Assembly: GCA_963725665.1 (NCBI GenBank)
Contig: CAVRZA010000002.1
Coordinates: forward strand, 256,001 to 320,000
Length of the DNA: 64,000 nt
Source of the DNA: an uncultured Actinomycetes bacterium
GTDB lineage: Bacteria > Actinomycetota > Thermoleophilia > UBA2241
Direction: 5' to 3'
Shown here: positions 1 to 11,011 of the stretch, piece after piece
Numbering within the stretch: the stretch's first letter is position 1
How the letters are laid out: every line of letters begins with the position of its first letter
Position numbers and translations under genes: made by a program
Notes under the pieces: model-generated
Told to the model about the DNA's origin: nothing
Databases searched by the model: none
Seen by the model: only the letters and a program-made list of their open reading frames with translations

Positions 1-192
1 GCGGTGCGCTGGGTCCTCGAGTGGGAGGGCGTGACCGGTGCCATCGTCGGCGCCCGCTCGCCGGAGCAGGTCGACGGCTGGATCGGCGCCGCGAGCCTCG
101 ACCTGAGCGACAAGGACCTCGACGACATCGCCACGGCGGTCATCGCCTCGCAGGCCGGCAGGGGGCGCGAGCGCCCGCGGCTGGGGCACTAG
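1..192 (+). CDS. Aldo/keto reductase, C-terminal fragment (runs off window start)
   Basis: AVRWVL...VTGAIVGARSPEQV...LDLS.DL..I is the typical AKR C-terminal motif; ends at TAG 190-192. Confidence 0.8.
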   Translation, partial: AVRWVLEWEGVTGAIVGARSPEQVDGWIGAASLDLSDKDLDDIATAVIASQAGRGRERPRLGH

Positions 193-222
193 GCTCGGGA
201 GCCAGGGGCGCGAGGAGGTGCC

Positions 223-405
223 GTGCCGAGTCCGCGGCGGATCAGGTGGATAGGGATCGTCGTGTCGGCTGCGCTCTACGTGCTGCTCGTCGGCGTCGGT
301 CTGCTCCTCTTCGGCGGCTGGCACCTCTGGTGGCCGTTCGTGTCGGCGGCGATCGCCGTCGCCGTCGGCTTCCTGGTCGTCTGGCTGCTGTTCCGCGCCA
401 AGTGA
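223..405 (+). CDS. Small two-TM membrane protein
   Basis: GGAGG RBS before GTG; two hydrophobic helices; 60 aa. Confidence 0.6.
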   Translation: MPSPRRIRWIGIVVSAALYVLLVGVGLLLFGGWHLWWPFVSAAIAVAVGFLVVWLLFRAK

Positions 406-568
406 CGCCAGGGACCCGTGCCGCCGGCTTCGGGGCCGGTACGGAGGCGCACGGGCTGACACCCTCGTTCGCCGTTCGATATCCTTGAGCGAGCGGCGGG
501 ATCGCCGGTCCGGCCTGCGCCGCTCGTTCACCATGTGGAGTGCTCGTCGAGCAGAAGGAGGCAGCCGC

Positions 569-1976
569 ATGACCATCCCCCGTCTGTCGATCTGGGACGA
601 GAACGACTGTCGCCGCGTCCACGAGGCCACTCTCACCGTGCTCGAGACCACCGGCGTCGAGGTCAAGCACGAGCGCGCGCGCGAGCTGCTCGCGGACGCC
701 GGGGCGCGGGTGGAGGGCACGCGGGTGCGCCTGGGCCGCGAGCTCGTCGCGCGCGCGCTCGAAACGGTGCCACGGCGGTCTCGAATCGCGGCGCGCGGGG
801 GAGACGGCGAGCTCGACCTCGAGTTGACCGTCGAGAACTCCTACTTCGGCACCGGCTCGGACTGCCTCTTCGTGCGCGACCCGGACTCAGGCGAGCGACG
901 CCGCGTCCGCGTCGCCGACATCGAGGGCATGGCCGCTCTCAGCGAGAGGCTGCCCAACATCGACTTCGTCATGTCGATGGGTCTCCCCGAAGACGTGGAG
1001 CAGGACGATCGACGACGTGGCCCCGTTCGTGGCCATGCTCAAGGGGACGCGCAAGCCGATCCTCGTGGCCACGCGCGACGCGCGGCCGCTGGCGCTCATG
1101 AAGGAGATGGCCGCGGCCGCCGGCGCCGGCGACAGCTTCGGCGTCTACGCGATGCCGACGCCGCCACTCATGCACGACTTCGAGGGCATGGACAAGCTCA
1201 TCACGTGCGCCGAGCTCGACATCCCGTTGGTGTACGCTCCGGCGCCGAGCGTCGGCGCCACCGCGCCGGCTTCGGTCGGGGCCATCGCCGTCACCGGCAA
1301 CGCCGAGGTGCTCTCGGGTCTCGTCGTGCACCAGCTCGTGAAGGCCGGAGCGCCGTTCGTCTACGGGTGCGGGGTAGGGAAGATGAACATGCGCACCTTC
1401 GTCGACACCTACAACCCGCCGGAGATCTTCGTCGGTCACCAGGCGGAGTCGGACCTCTCGCGCTGGTACGGCCTGCCGAGCTTCGCCTACGCCGGACACT
1501 CCGACTCCAAGCTGCTCGACGAGCAATGGACTGCCGAGGCGGCGTTCTCGACCATGCTCGGCGCTTTGTCGCGCGCCACGCTCCTGCACGACGTCGGCTA
1601 CCTCGAGACGGGGCTGCAGAGCTCATACGAGACCATCCTGATCGGCGACGAGCTGATCGGCTACGCGCGCGCCTTCATGAAGGGGCTGACGACGGACGAC
1701 GAGACGCTGGCCCTCGACGAGATCATGACCGTGGGGCCGGGCGGCGATCACCTGGGGCGCAAGTACACGCGGCAGCACCACCGCGACTTCTGGCAGGCGG
1801 GATTGTGCGATCAGCGCATCTACGACCGCTGGCTCGAGGATGGGGCAAAGACCATGAAGCAGAGGGCGAAGGAGCGCGTCGCCGAGCTGCGCTCGGAGCC
1901 GCGCTCCTTCGCCCTCGACGACGCCCAGATCGCGCGCCTCGACGAGCTGCTGGCCGAGGTGGCGAAGACGCGCTGA
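569..1976 (+). CDS. MttB-superfamily (non-pyrrolysine) corrinoid methyltransferase; one frameshift near 1003
   Basis: AAGGAGG RBS + ATG 569; VHEATLTVLETTGV N-terminus; after frame change GATAPASVGA...GNAEVLSGL.VHQL..AGAPF and AGHSDSKLLDEQ (His at the Pyl position). Confidence 0.85.
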
Positions 1977-1990
1977 CCGGCTCAGAGCGT

Positions 1991-2041
1991 GAGGGGCGGC
2001 GGGGCGGCGGCGCGATCGCGCCGCCGCCCCCGCCGCCCCTC
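1991..2041. terminator. Near-perfect GC palindrome between convergent genes; probable bidirectional terminator
   Basis: GAGGGGCGGCGGGGCGGCGGCGCGA / TCGCGCCGCCGCCCCCGCCGCCCCTC, one extra C. Confidence 0.6.
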
Positions 2042-2052
2042 GCTCACGGGCG

Positions 2053-2521
2053 TCAGTGCGGCGGGTGCGACCAGTCGACCGGCCCGACCGTGAAGCGGTA
2101 CTCGAGCCGGGCGAGCACGGTGCGCCAGGCGCGCGTGAAGTAGTGGAAGACGTCGTCCCACTGGTCGCCTTCGCGCCAGCCGAGATGGGTGAGGGCGACC
2201 CTGATGCGACGCGGCGCGACCTGCTCGAACTGCACGACGACCCATGTCTTCTGACCGCGCACCTGCGGGTACTCCGGCGGCGCGGTCCACGTGAACGAGA
2301 GCATCTCCTCGGGCACGTAGCTGAGGATCTTCATGCCCTCGCTGCCGCGTAGGCCCTTCGGCGCCTCGGGGTCGAAGTAGGCTTCGAAGGGGCCCCCGAG
2401 GCGCAGCTCCACCCTGGCCTTCGGGGCGAGGAAGCTCTGCAGGCCCATCGACGGTGGTCCACGTCTCCCACGCCTCGAGCGGTGTCGCCTCGATGGTCAC
2501 GCCGTCGCGGATCGCCTTCAC
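2053..2521 (-). CDS. SRPBCC/AHSA1-like protein; frameshift near 2447
   Basis: GGAGG + GTG 2521 (MKAIRDGVTIEATPLEAWETWTT) joins LQSFLAP..VELRLGGPFE...LSFTW...LTHLGW...W..VLARL. Confidence 0.75.
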
Positions 2522-2602
2522 CGTGCCTCCGTGTCCGGTCGGAACGACGAACGCTTTCGTCTCAACTGTACCCCGGCGGCAACGACGAGCCGGGAGCTCT
2601 GC

Positions 2603-2710
2603 GGGTCGGCGAGGGGCGGGTCGGCGAGGGGCAACTCCGCGGTCGGCGAACGGCAACTCCGCAGGTCGGCGAGCGCCAACTCCGCAGGTCGGCGAGCGCC
2701 AACCCCGCGA
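2603..2710. repeat. Tandem repeat, ~22-23 bp unit CAACTCCGCAGGTCGGCGAGCGC
   Basis: GGTCGGCGA core at 2604, 2619, 2641, 2664 and 2687; no unique spacers. Confidence 0.8.
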
Positions 2711-2769
2711 GCCGGCAGCCTCAACGTCCTGACTGCCTGTGTTTCGCCCCCGGACACCGCGGTATAAAC

Positions 2770-2784
2770 TGAAAATGGTTTTCA
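2770..2784 (+). promoter_or_regulatory. Zur/Fur-family operator
   Basis: TGAAAATGGTTTTCA 7-1-7 inverted repeat resembling the actinobacterial Zur box, directly upstream of a Fur-family gene. Confidence 0.7.
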
Positions 2785-2800
2785 AGAAGGCCGCGATCGC

Positions 2801-3325
2801 GTGGTCTGTGGGGGTGACGGCTTGGGCGAGACGAGAGCGACGGCGGCCGGCGTGACCGGCGCCGCCATCGGCGGCATCGACGCGACGGGCGGCAAGACGG
2901 CCGCCGGACCGAGGCGCGCGACGCGCTCGAGGCGGGCGATCGCCGAGGCGATCGCCCGCCTCGAGCGCTCCGTCAGCGCCCGCGAGCTGCACGACGTGGT
3001 CTGCGCTCAGGGGCCCTCCGTGGGCCTCACGACCGTCTACCGCACGCTCGCGTTGCTCCTGGCTGAGGGCCGCGTGCGCGAGGCGGGCCGGCGAGACGGC
3101 GAGATGCTCTACAACGCCTGCACCGTGACCGGCCATCACCATCACCTCGTCTGCGAGCGCTGCGGCACGGTCGAGGAGAGCAGCGTCTGCCGCTGCGATG
3201 AGCTCGGGCTCGAGCTGGGTGAGTCGCACGGGTTCGTGCTCTCCCACGCGGCGGAGACCTACTACGGGCTGTGCGCCGAGTGCGCCGACGCCGCCGCCCG
3301 GTCGAGCGGGAAGAGGGGCCGGTGA
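2801..3325 (+). CDS. Fur-family metalloregulator (Zur-like); start uncertain
   Basis: VGLTTVYRTL, HHHHLVCERCG and YYGLCAEC motifs. Confidence 0.9.
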   Translation: MVCGGDGLGETRATAAGVTGAAIGGIDATGGKTAAGPRRATRSRRAIAEAIARLERSVSARELHDVVCAQGPSVGLTTVYRTLALLLAEGRVREAGRRDGEMLYNACTVTGHHHHLVCERCGTVEESSVCRCDELGLELGESHGFVLSHAAETYYGLCAECADAAARSSGKRGR

Positions 3326-4092
3326 GCCATATCCACATCCCGGACGGGGTCCTGCCTCTGTGGCTCGTCGGCCTGGGCTGGGCGGTGACGATCGTCCTGC
3401 TGGCCGTGGCGCTGCTCGCCCTGCGGCGAGCCGACCGCGGCCAGCTCATCCCGCAGCTCGGCATCGTCTCGGCGCTGCTCGTCGCGGCCATGTCGACCGA
3501 GATCGTGCCCATCGCCTACCACGTCAACCTGACCGTGTTCGGCGGCATCATCCTCGGCCCCGCCGCCGGGTTCCTGGCCGCCTTCATCGTCAACGTCATC
3601 CTGGCGCTCTTCGGCCACGGCGGGGTCACGGTGGTGGGTCTCAACACGCTCGTCATCGGCGCCGAGTGCGTGCTCGGCTACGCGTTCTTCCACCTCCTCG
3701 CGCGGGTGCTGCGGCCGCGCATCGGCCTGGCCGCCGGCCTCGCCACCGTGCTCACCCTCTTCCTCTCGACGAGCCTCTCGGTCGGCATCGTCGCCCTCGC
3801 CAACGTCAACCCGGCACAGGCACGCGACACGGGGGCGCTCAACCCGGCGACGCTCTCGTTCTCCAACCCCTTCAAGGAGGGCCTGCTCGCCAACCGCATC
3901 GTCACGCCCGAGCAGGAGGTGCAGGCGAGCTCGCACATCTCCGTCGCCCGTTTCGCCGTCGTCATCTACGGACTGGGATCGGTCGGCTGGGCGCTGGAGA
4001 GCCTCATCGTCGGTTACCTCGTCGCTTTCGTCGCCCGGGTGCGACCGGGGCTGCTGCGCCACCCCCTGCTTGGAGGGCTCTCGTGGACGTAG
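3322..4092 (+). CDS. cbiM: ECF transporter S component, CbiM/NikM family
   Basis: N-terminal HIHIPDGVL; HVNLTVFGGIILGP; GHGGVTVVGLN. Confidence 0.85.
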   Translation: MSHIHIPDGVLPLWLVGLGWAVTIVLLAVALLALRRADRGQLIPQLGIVSALLVAAMSTEIVPIAYHVNLTVFGGIILGPAAGFLAAFIVNVILALFGHGGVTVVGLNTLVIGAECVLGYAFFHLLARVLRPRIGLAAGLATVLTLFLSTSLSVGIVALANVNPAQARDTGALNPATLSFSNPFKEGLLANRIVTPEQEVQASSHISVARFAVVIYGLGSVGWALESLIVGYLVAFVARVRPGLLRHPLLGGLSWT

Positions 4093-4934
4093 CGACGGTC
4101 GACTACTGGGCTACCTCGGGACGCAGCCGTCTGCACCGCGCCTCGGCGCCGGCGAAGATGCTCGCCGCCGCCGTCTGTCTGGCCGCGGTGGTCGTCCTGC
4201 AGAACCTCTTCGTCGTCCTCGCTCTCTTCTTCCTCATGCTCGCCGCGGCGCGACGGGCCGGCATCCCCGTGGGCAAGTTCAGCCTGGCGGCCCTCTACCC
4301 GGCGCTCTTCGCCTTGCTGTTCGCCATCGCGCAGTTCCACGGCGACTTCATCGTGCCGGCGACGACGATCGCCAAGGCCGTGACGGCCGCCTCGATCGTC
4401 GTCCTGCTCATCGCGACGACGCCCTACCCGCGGCTCTTCGCGGCGTTGCGACCGGTGCTGCCGGCCGTCATCGTCGAGGCCCTGTACATCACCTACCGCT
4501 CGATCTTCATCCTCCTGCGCATCCTGGGAGACGCGTTTACGTCTATGCGCCTGCGCGGCGGCTTCATCGGTGGAGGCGTGCGAGCGCGGCTCAAGAACCT
4601 GGCCGCCGCGCTCGCCTTGGGCGCCGTGTACTCCTTCGACGTGAGCGAGCGCACCTACACGGCCATGCGCCTGCGCGGATACTCGGGACGCATCTCGGGC
4701 GAGGACCCCGGCCACGTGCAGGCAGGTGACGTGCCGCTGCTGCTGGCCGCCGCGCTCGCGAGCGCCGTCGGGTTCCTCTTCCGCTTCGAGTGGCGCGCGC
4801 TCAACCCGTACAGCTGGCTGCCTCTCGCCGTGGCGCTTCTCGTGCTCGCGTTCGCGCTCGCCGTGCCCCTGCGGCCCGGCTCGCGCCCCGCGGCCGTGCA
4901 GCCGTTCACCGAGACGCTGAGGGGCGACCCATGA
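4083..4934 (+). CDS. cbiQ: ECF transporter T component, CbiQ family
   Basis: SRLHRASAPAK N-terminus; SMRLRGG and AMRLRGY xRx motifs; overlaps cbiM stop. Confidence 0.85.
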   Translation: MDVATVDYWATSGRSRLHRASAPAKMLAAAVCLAAVVVLQNLFVVLALFFLMLAAARRAGIPVGKFSLAALYPALFALLFAIAQFHGDFIVPATTIAKAVTAASIVVLLIATTPYPRLFAALRPVLPAVIVEALYITYRSIFILLRILGDAFTSMRLRGGFIGGGVRARLKNLAAALALGAVYSFDVSERTYTAMRLRGYSGRISGEDPGHVQAGDVPLLLAAALASAVGFLFRFEWRALNPYSWLPLAVALLVLAFALAVPLRPGSRPAAVQPFTETLRGDP

Positions 4935-5926
4935 GCGGACCGCTCGATAGCGGAGCGCCCGGCAGTGCAGCGCCCGGCGGTGCAGTGCCCGGCATCGCAG
5001 CCCCCGACAGCGGCCCGCCCGATAGTGGAGCCCTCGGCATCGCAGCGCCCGACCTACCCGAGACGGCCGCGCGCATCAGTTGCGTGAAGCATCGCTACGA
5101 GGACGGCTCGAAGGTCGAGCTTTGCGGCCTCGACTTCGTCGTGGGGCGCGGGCGGCGCGTGGCGCTGCTGGGGCCTAACGGCAGCGGCAAGACGACCCTG
5201 CTCTTCCACCTGGTGGGGATACTGCGCCCCTCCGAGGGATCGGTGAGCGTGATGGGCATCGACCCCGCGCACGACTTCGCCAAGGTGCGACGGAGGATCG
5301 GGGTAGTGCTGCAGAACGTCGACGAGCAATTGCTCGCCCCCACGGTCTGGGACGACGTCTCGTTCTCGCCACGCCAGTACGGGCTGCCCACGGAGGAGGT
5401 GCGCGAGCGCACCGAGCGTGCCCTGGATCTGCTGGGGATCGGCCATCTGCGCGACAAGGTGCCGCACTATCTGAGCGGCGGCGAGAAGCGCAAGGTGGCC
5501 ATCGCGGGCGCGCTCGTGCTCGACCCCGAGCTCCTGATCCTTGACGAGCCGTTCGAGGGTCTCGACCCGCGCGCCCGCCGCCAGGTCCTCGACCTTCTGA
5601 ACCGGCAGGTCGCCGAGCGCGGGATGACGATGATCGTCTCCACGCACGACGTCAACTTCGTGCCCGAGATGGCCGACGAGGTCTACGTGCTCGCCCACGG
5701 CGGCCACATCGTGCTGCACGGCTCGCCGCGCGACATCTTCGTGCGCGCCGACCTGCTGCGTGAGTCGAACATCGAGCCGCCGGTGCTCTCGCAGCTCTTC
5801 GAGAACCTGGCGCGTCGCACCGGACGGGAGCTGCCGGCACCGGCGACGATCACAGAGGCGGCCGACGCGCTGGCGCGCCTCGCTGCCGAGGATGGCGGCC
5901 TGGCCGGACCCCGGTCCGAACGGTAG
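4931..5926 (+). CDS. cbiO: ECF transporter ATPase, CbiO family
   Basis: GPNGSGKTT, VLQN.DEQL.APTV, LSGGEKRKVAIAG, LILDEP; low-complexity N-terminal repeat. Confidence 0.9.
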   Translation: MSGPLDSGAPGSAAPGGAVPGIAAPDSGPPDSGALGIAAPDLPETAARISCVKHRYEDGSKVELCGLDFVVGRGRRVALLGPNGSGKTTLLFHLVGILRPSEGSVSVMGIDPAHDFAKVRRRIGVVLQNVDEQLLAPTVWDDVSFSPRQYGLPTEEVRERTERALDLLGIGHLRDKVPHYLSGGEKRKVAIAGALVLDPELLILDEPFEGLDPRARRQVLDLLNRQVAERGMTMIVSTHDVNFVPEMADEVYVLAHGGHIVLHGSPRDIFVRADLLRESNIEPPVLSQLFENLARRTGRELPAPATITEAADALARLAAEDGGLAGPRSER

Positions 5927-5935
5927 AAGCAGGGC

Positions 5936-6613
5936 TCAGCCGGCGGCGCCGAACGGGCAGACCGCCACGCAGATGCCGCAGATCCCGTGGAACTTCTCGT
6001 TGCCGTCGAGGTGGTGCTCGCAGGCGCGCTCGTCGTAGAGCTCGTCGCGCGCCATGCCGGCCCGCCACTGCACGTCGCGGCCGGCCTCGGCCGGGCAGGC
6101 CTCGACACAGCGCAGGCAGGAGCCGCAGCGGCCGTCGGTCAGCGGCACGCCGACGGGGAGCTCAAGGTCGGTGAACACGGTTGCCAAGCGGAGCTTGGGG
6201 CCCAGCTCGGGTGAGACGAAGAGGGCCGTCTTGCCGATCCATCCGAGCCCCGCTTGCGTGGCCGCGGTCTTGTGCGGGAACACGCCGGCCGCGCCCCAGT
6301 CGTCGACGTCGGCGTCGGCCATCGTGGGGCGCACCCTCTCTGCCTTGTGGCCGGCCAGATGGAGCCACGCCACGAGCGACTCGGTGATCTGGCCGAGGGC
6401 CAGGTTCAATCGGCGGTAGTCGTCGAGGTAGGCCTGGGTGGGTCCGTCCTCGACGCCGGCGAGGGCCGTAGGCTGGAGGCGCATGGCGATCGAGATGGCT
6501 GTCGGGAGCGCCGGCGCGAGAGGGAGCGGCGGGTCATTGGCAGCCACGCCCCAGAGGTCCACTCCCGCCTGCCTCAGGCGTCGCTCGATGTCGCCGACGG
6601 TGATCGTCCCCAT
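5936..6613 (-). CDS. QueG-like 4Fe-4S double-cluster protein
   Basis: HKTAATQAGLGWIGK...GPKLRLATVFTD; CGSCLRCVEACP and CGICVAVCP. Confidence 0.75.
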   Translation of the reverse strand: MGTITVGDIERRLRQAGVDLWGVAANDPPLPLAPALPTAISIAMRLQPTALAGVEDGPTQAYLDDYRRLNLALGQITESLVAWLHLAGHKAERVRPTMADADVDDWGAAGVFPHKTAATQAGLGWIGKTALFVSPELGPKLRLATVFTDLELPVGVPLTDGRCGSCLRCVEACPAEAGRDVQWRAGMARDELYDERACEHHLDGNEKFHGICGICVAVCPFGAAG

Positions 6614-6775
6614 GCTCCCCCTCTTATCGCGGGTGGCGCGCGTCCTTCTTGAGTCCGTCGCTCCTCAGTCATCCCGGCCTGTACTGCCGGCCGGGTTGAT
6701 TCTACGGCTCGGAGGTGTGCGCAAGAAGCGGTCCGGCAAGCTTCTGCTTCGCCGCCCCGAGACGCCGCGCTCTCG

Positions 6776-9229
6776 TCAGGTCGCCTTGAAGCGCCGCAGA
6801 CGCAGGCTGTTGCTCACCACGGTGACGCTCGAGAGGCCCATGGCGGCGGCGGCCAAGATGGGGTTCAGGAGGATCCCAAAGGCGGGATAGAAGACGCCGG
6901 CGGCGAGCGGTATCAGGGCGACGTTGTAGGCGAAGGCCCAGAAGAGGTTCTGCTTGATCACCTGGATCGTGCGCCGCGAGAGCGCGATCGCGGTCACGAC
7001 GCCGTTCAGGTCGCCGGCGATGAGCGTCACGTCGCTCGCCTCCATGGCGACGTCGGTGCCGGTGCCGATGGCGATGCCCACGTCGGCCCGCGCCAACGCC
7101 GGCGCGTCGTTGATGCCGTCGCCGACCATGGCCACGCGCTTGCCCTCGTCCTGCAGGCGGTGCACCTCGGCCGCCTTCTGGCCGGGCAGCACCTCGGCGA
7201 TCACGTCGTCGACGCCGACCTCGCCGGCGATCGCCTGTGCCGTGCGCCGCTGGTCGCCGGTCAGCATGAGCACCTGGAGGCCCAGCTCGTGCAGGCGGCG
7301 GATCGCCTCGGCCGAGCCGGGCTTGACCGTGTCGGCCACCGCCACGACGCCGGCCGGCCGGCCATCGATGCTCACGTAGATGGCCGTCTTGCCGGCGTCA
7401 GCCAGCAGGCGCGCGTGCTCGCCGGCGCCGTCGAGCGCCGTCGCCCGCTCCGCGAGCAGGCGCTCGTTGCCGGCGAGCACCTCGTGCCCGTCGACGACGG
7501 CGCGGATGCCGTGGCCGGCGACGGCCTCGAAGCGCGCGGCCTCGCCGAGGGCGAGGCCGCGCGCTTCGGCGGCGCGCACCACGGCCTCGCCCAGCGGATG
7601 CTCGGAACCGCGCTCGGCGCTCGCCAGCAGGCGCAGCAGCTCGTCCTCTGTGATCCCGTTGCTGACCACAACGTCGGTCACGGCCGGCCGGCCCTCGGTG
7701 ATTGTGCCTGTCTTGTCGAGCACCACGGTCGTTAGCTTGTGCGCCGTCTCGAGCGACTGGCCGTCGCGGATCAGCACGCCGTTCTCGGCGCCCTTGCCGG
7801 TGCCCACCATGATCGCGGTCGGCGTCGCCAGGCCGAGGGCACAGGGGCAGGCGATGACGAGCACGGCGATGAAGTTGAGCAGCGCGTAGTTGAGCGCCGG
7901 CGAGGGACCCAGCAGGAGCCAGACGATCAGCGTCAGGGTGGCGATGCCGATCACGGCGGGCACGAAGTAGCTGGCGATGACGTCGGCCAGGCGGGCGATG
8001 GGTGGCTTCGACCCCTGGGCCTGCTCAACGAGGCGGATGATCTGCGCCAGGGCCGTCTCGGCGCCGACCTTGGTCGCTCTGAAGGTGAACGAGCCGCTGC
8101 CGTTGACGGTCGCCCCGATGACCTCGTCGCCCTCGTCCTTGCTCACGGGGATGGGCTCGCCGGTGAGCATCGACTCGTCGACCGTCGAGGAGCCGCTCAC
8201 AACGACCCCATCGACGGGGATCTTCTCGCCCGGGCGCACGCGCACGAGGTCGCCGTGACGCACCTCGGCCACCGGCACGTCGGCCTCGACGCCGTCGCGG
8301 ATGACGCGCGCCGTGCGCGCCTGCAGGCCGATGAGCTTCTTGATCGCCTCGCCGGTCTGGCCCTTGGCGCGCGCCTCGAGCATGCGCCCCAGCAGGATCA
8401 GGGTGATGATCAGGGCGGCCGAGTCGAAGTAGCGCGGCATGCCGAGGCCCTGGTGCATGAAGGCGGCGGGGAAGAGGACTCCGAGCGCGCTGTAGACGTA
8501 GGCCGCCGAAGAGCCCATGACGATGAGTGTGTTCATGTTCGTGGAGCCGTGGCGCAGCGCGGCCCAGGCGCCCTTGTAGAACTGCCCACCGACCCAGAAC
8601 TGCACCGGCGTCGCCAGGGCCCAAAGCACCCAGCCGTTCTGCAACCAGGCGGGCACGAAGCTGAACTGCATGCTGCCGAGGAAGATGAACACGGACAAGA
8701 CGGCGCCCACGATGACCTTGCGGCGCAGGGCGAGGTAGGCGCGCCGGCGCGCGAGCTCCTCGTGGTCGACGAGCGCGGCCGCGTCTGCCGACGCGGCCGC
8801 GACGTCCTCGTCGACCTCGTAGCCGGCTCGCGCGACGGCGCGCACGACCTCCTCATGCGTCACCTGGCCGGGAACGTACTCGACCGTCGCCTTCTCGGTG
8901 GCCAGGTTGACCTCGGCCTTCAGCACGCCGGGCACGCGGGCGAGCGCCTTCTCGTTGCGCGCCACGCAGCTCGCGCAGGTCATGCCGCGGATCTTCAGGA
9001 CTTCGGTCTGCGAGGGCACGCCGTAGCCGACCTTCTCGATCGCCTCGCGCAGGTGTTCGAGGTCGACCAACGCGGGGTCGTAGGTGACCGTCGCCCTCTC
9101 GGTGGCGAAGTTCACGTTGGCCTCGCTCACGCCGTCGACCTTGCGCAGCGCCTTCTCGTTGCGCGCCACGCAGGTCGCGCAGGTCATGCCCGTGATGGGG
9201 ATCTCGACTGTCGTTGCGTTGCGGTCCAT
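6776..9229 (-). CDS. copA: Copper-exporting P1B-type ATPase with two HMA domains
   Basis: GMTCATC and GMTCASC; TGEP; [10 protein letters not shown]; DKTGT; GDGINDAP; YN/MxxSS. Confidence 0.95.
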   Translation of the reverse strand: MDRNATTVEIPITGMTCATCVARNEKALRKVDGVSEANVNFATERATVTYDPALVDLEHLREAIEKVGYGVPSQTEVLKIRGMTCASCVARNEKALARVPGVLKAEVNLATEKATVEYVPGQVTHEEVVRAVARAGYEVDEDVAAASADAAALVDHEELARRRAYLALRRKVIVGAVLSVFIFLGSMQFSFVPAWLQNGWVLWALATPVQFWVGGQFYKGAWAALRHGSTNMNTLIVMGSSAAYVYSALGVLFPAAFMHQGLGMPRYFDSAALIITLILLGRMLEARAKGQTGEAIKKLIGLQARTARVIRDGVEADVPVAEVRHGDLVRVRPGEKIPVDGVVVSGSSTVDESMLTGEPIPVSKDEGDEVIGATVNGSGSFTFRATKVGAETALAQIIRLVEQAQGSKPPIARLADVIASYFVPAVIGIATLTLIVWLLLGPSPALNYALLNFIAVLVIACPCALGLATPTAIMVGTGKGAENGVLIRDGQSLETAHKLTTVVLDKTGTITEGRPAVTDVVVSNGITEDELLRLLASAERGSEHPLGEAVVRAAEARGLALGEAARFEAVAGHGIRAVVDGHEVLAGNERLLAERATALDGAGEHARLLADAGKTAIYVSIDGRPAGVVAVADTVKPGSAEAIRRLHELGLQVLMLTGDQRRTAQAIAGEVGVDDVIAEVLPGQKAAEVHRLQDEGKRVAMVGDGINDAPALARADVGIAIGTGTDVAMEASDVTLIAGDLNGVVTAIALSRRTIQVIKQNLFWAFAYNVALIPLAAGVFYPAFGILLNPILAAAAMGLSSVTVVSNSLRLRRFKAT

Positions 9230-9288
9230 CGCCTCGTCGTCGGTGCTCCGCCGCCTCGCTGTCAGTGTCGCAGCGTCTCGCCCTCAGT

Positions 9289-9305
9289 ATACCCCTGACG
9301 GGTAT
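9289..9305. promoter_or_regulatory. CsoR-type operator upstream of copA
   Basis: ATACCC-CTGAC-GGGTAT inverted repeat 60 bp upstream of the copA start. Confidence 0.7.
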
Positions 9306-9497
9306 GAAAGCGGAGCGGTTGACTCCTATTTTCCGCGAGCGAAACGAGCGCTTACGTGACGCCGCCGGCTCGGCCTGGCGGCTGGTCGCCGGCGCCCCAC
9401 TGCGGGCCGTCGGCGACGAGCAAGGTGCGGCCCGGGTTTCGATGCCCCGCGCCGAAGGTACTAAGATGATGAGAACCTCATGGCCGGGAGGCCCATC

Positions 9498-10994
9498 ATG
9501 GTCAACGACCCACGCGCCGACTCGTACATCCGCGACGACATCGAGCTGCCGGCCGGCGAGTACCGCGACGGCGAGATCATCGACGGCGGCCGCTCGCGTG
9601 TCGAGAGCGACGCCATGGGCCAGGTGCGGGTGCCGGCCGAGCGTCTCTGGGGAGCGCAGACGCAGCGAGCGCTGAAGCACTTCGCCATCGGCGACGGTCG
9701 CCTGCCGTTGGCCGTCTACCGCGCCTACGGCCAGGTCAAGAAGGCGGCGGCGATGGTCAACCGCGACGAGGGCGGGCTGGCGCCCGACAAGGCGCGGTCC
9801 ATCATCGCCGCCGCCGACGAGGTCATCGACGGCCGGCTCGACGCCGAGTTCCCCCTCTTCGTGGCCCAGAGCGGCTCAGGGACGCAGACCAACATGAACG
9901 TCAACGAGGTGATCGCCAACCGGGCCATCCAGCTCGCCGGAGGGGTGCCGGGGACGAAGCGGCCGGTGCATCCCAACGACGACGTCAACATGTCGCAGTC
10001 GACCAACGACACCTTCGTCACGGCGATGCACGTGGCGACCGTGCTCGAGCTCGAGGACGAACTGCTTCCCCAAGTCGAGGCGCTCGCCGACGCGCTGTGG
10101 GCGAAGGCGGTGACCTGGGTCGACGTGGTGAAGATCGGCCGCACGCACTTGCAGGACGCGACGCCGCTCACCGTGGGGCAGGAGTGGTCGGGCTACGCGG
10201 TCCAGCTGCGCGACGCCCTCGGGCGGGTGCGCGCGGCGCTGGCCGGTCTCTACCCGCTCGCCGCGGGGGGTACGGCAGTGGGCACGGGCATCAACGCCCC
10301 GCCCGGGTTCGGGCAGGCCATCGCCGCGCGCCTCGCCGAGCTGACCGGTCGGCCCTTCGTGACGGCGCCCAACAAGTTCGCCGCGCAGGGTTCGCTCGAC
10401 GCCATGGTGGCGTCGAGCGCCGCCCTGCGCGGCCTCGCCGTGGCGCTCTACAAGGTCGCCAACGACCTGCGCTGGCTGGCCTGCGGACCGCGAGCGGGCC
10501 TACATGAGCTGCGGCTGCCCGAGAACGAGCCCGGGTCCTCCATCATGCCCGGCAAGGTCAATCCCTCCCAGGAGGAGGCCACGATGATGGCCTGCGTCGA
10601 GGTCATGGGTCTCGACGCGGCCACCGCTTTCGCCGGTTCTCAGGGCAACTTCGAGCTCAACGTGATGCGCCCGCTGGTCGCCGACAACGTGCTGCGCTCC
10701 GCGCGTCTGCTGGCCGACGCCTGCGACAAGCTGCGTCGCTTCAGCGTCGAGGGCGCGGAGATCGATCGGGCGCACATCGACCAGCACGTGCAGAGATCGC
10801 TCATGCTCGTCACGGCGCTCAGCCCCGTGATCGGCTACGACAAGGCAACGGAGATCGCCCACAAGGCCCATGAAGAGGGAACGACATTGCGCGAGGCGGC
10901 TCTTTCGACGGGATATGTGACGGCTGAGGAGTTCGACCGCACCGTCGTGCCCGCGCGCATGGTCGGTGACCCGCACAAGGACCTGGGCGCGTAG
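9498..10994 (+). CDS. fumC: Class II fumarate hydratase
   Basis: WGAQTQR, GSGTQTNMN, HPNDDVN, GRTHLQDATP, GSSIMPGKVNP; GGGAGG RBS before ATG 9498. Confidence 0.95.
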   Translation: MVNDPRADSYIRDDIELPAGEYRDGEIIDGGRSRVESDAMGQVRVPAERLWGAQTQRALKHFAIGDGRLPLAVYRAYGQVKKAAAMVNRDEGGLAPDKARSIIAAADEVIDGRLDAEFPLFVAQSGSGTQTNMNVNEVIANRAIQLAGGVPGTKRPVHPNDDVNMSQSTNDTFVTAMHVATVLELEDELLPQVEALADALWAKAVTWVDVVKIGRTHLQDATPLTVGQEWSGYAVQLRDALGRVRAALAGLYPLAAGGTAVGTGINAPPGFGQAIAARLAELTGRPFVTAPNKFAAQGSLDAMVASSAALRGLAVALYKVANDLRWLACGPRAGLHELRLPENEPGSSIMPGKVNPSQEEATMMACVEVMGLDAATAFAGSQGNFELNVMRPLVADNVLRSARLLADACDKLRRFSVEGAEIDRAHIDQHVQRSLMLVTALSPVIGYDKATEIAHKAHEEGTTLREAALSTGYVTAEEFDRTVVPARMVGDPHKDLGA

Positions 10995-11011
10995 GTCGGG
11001 CGAGTAGCGTC

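Noticed and set aside
2603-2710. Possible mini CRISPR array
   Set aside because: Repeats are head-to-tail with no unique spacers, and no cas genes are present.
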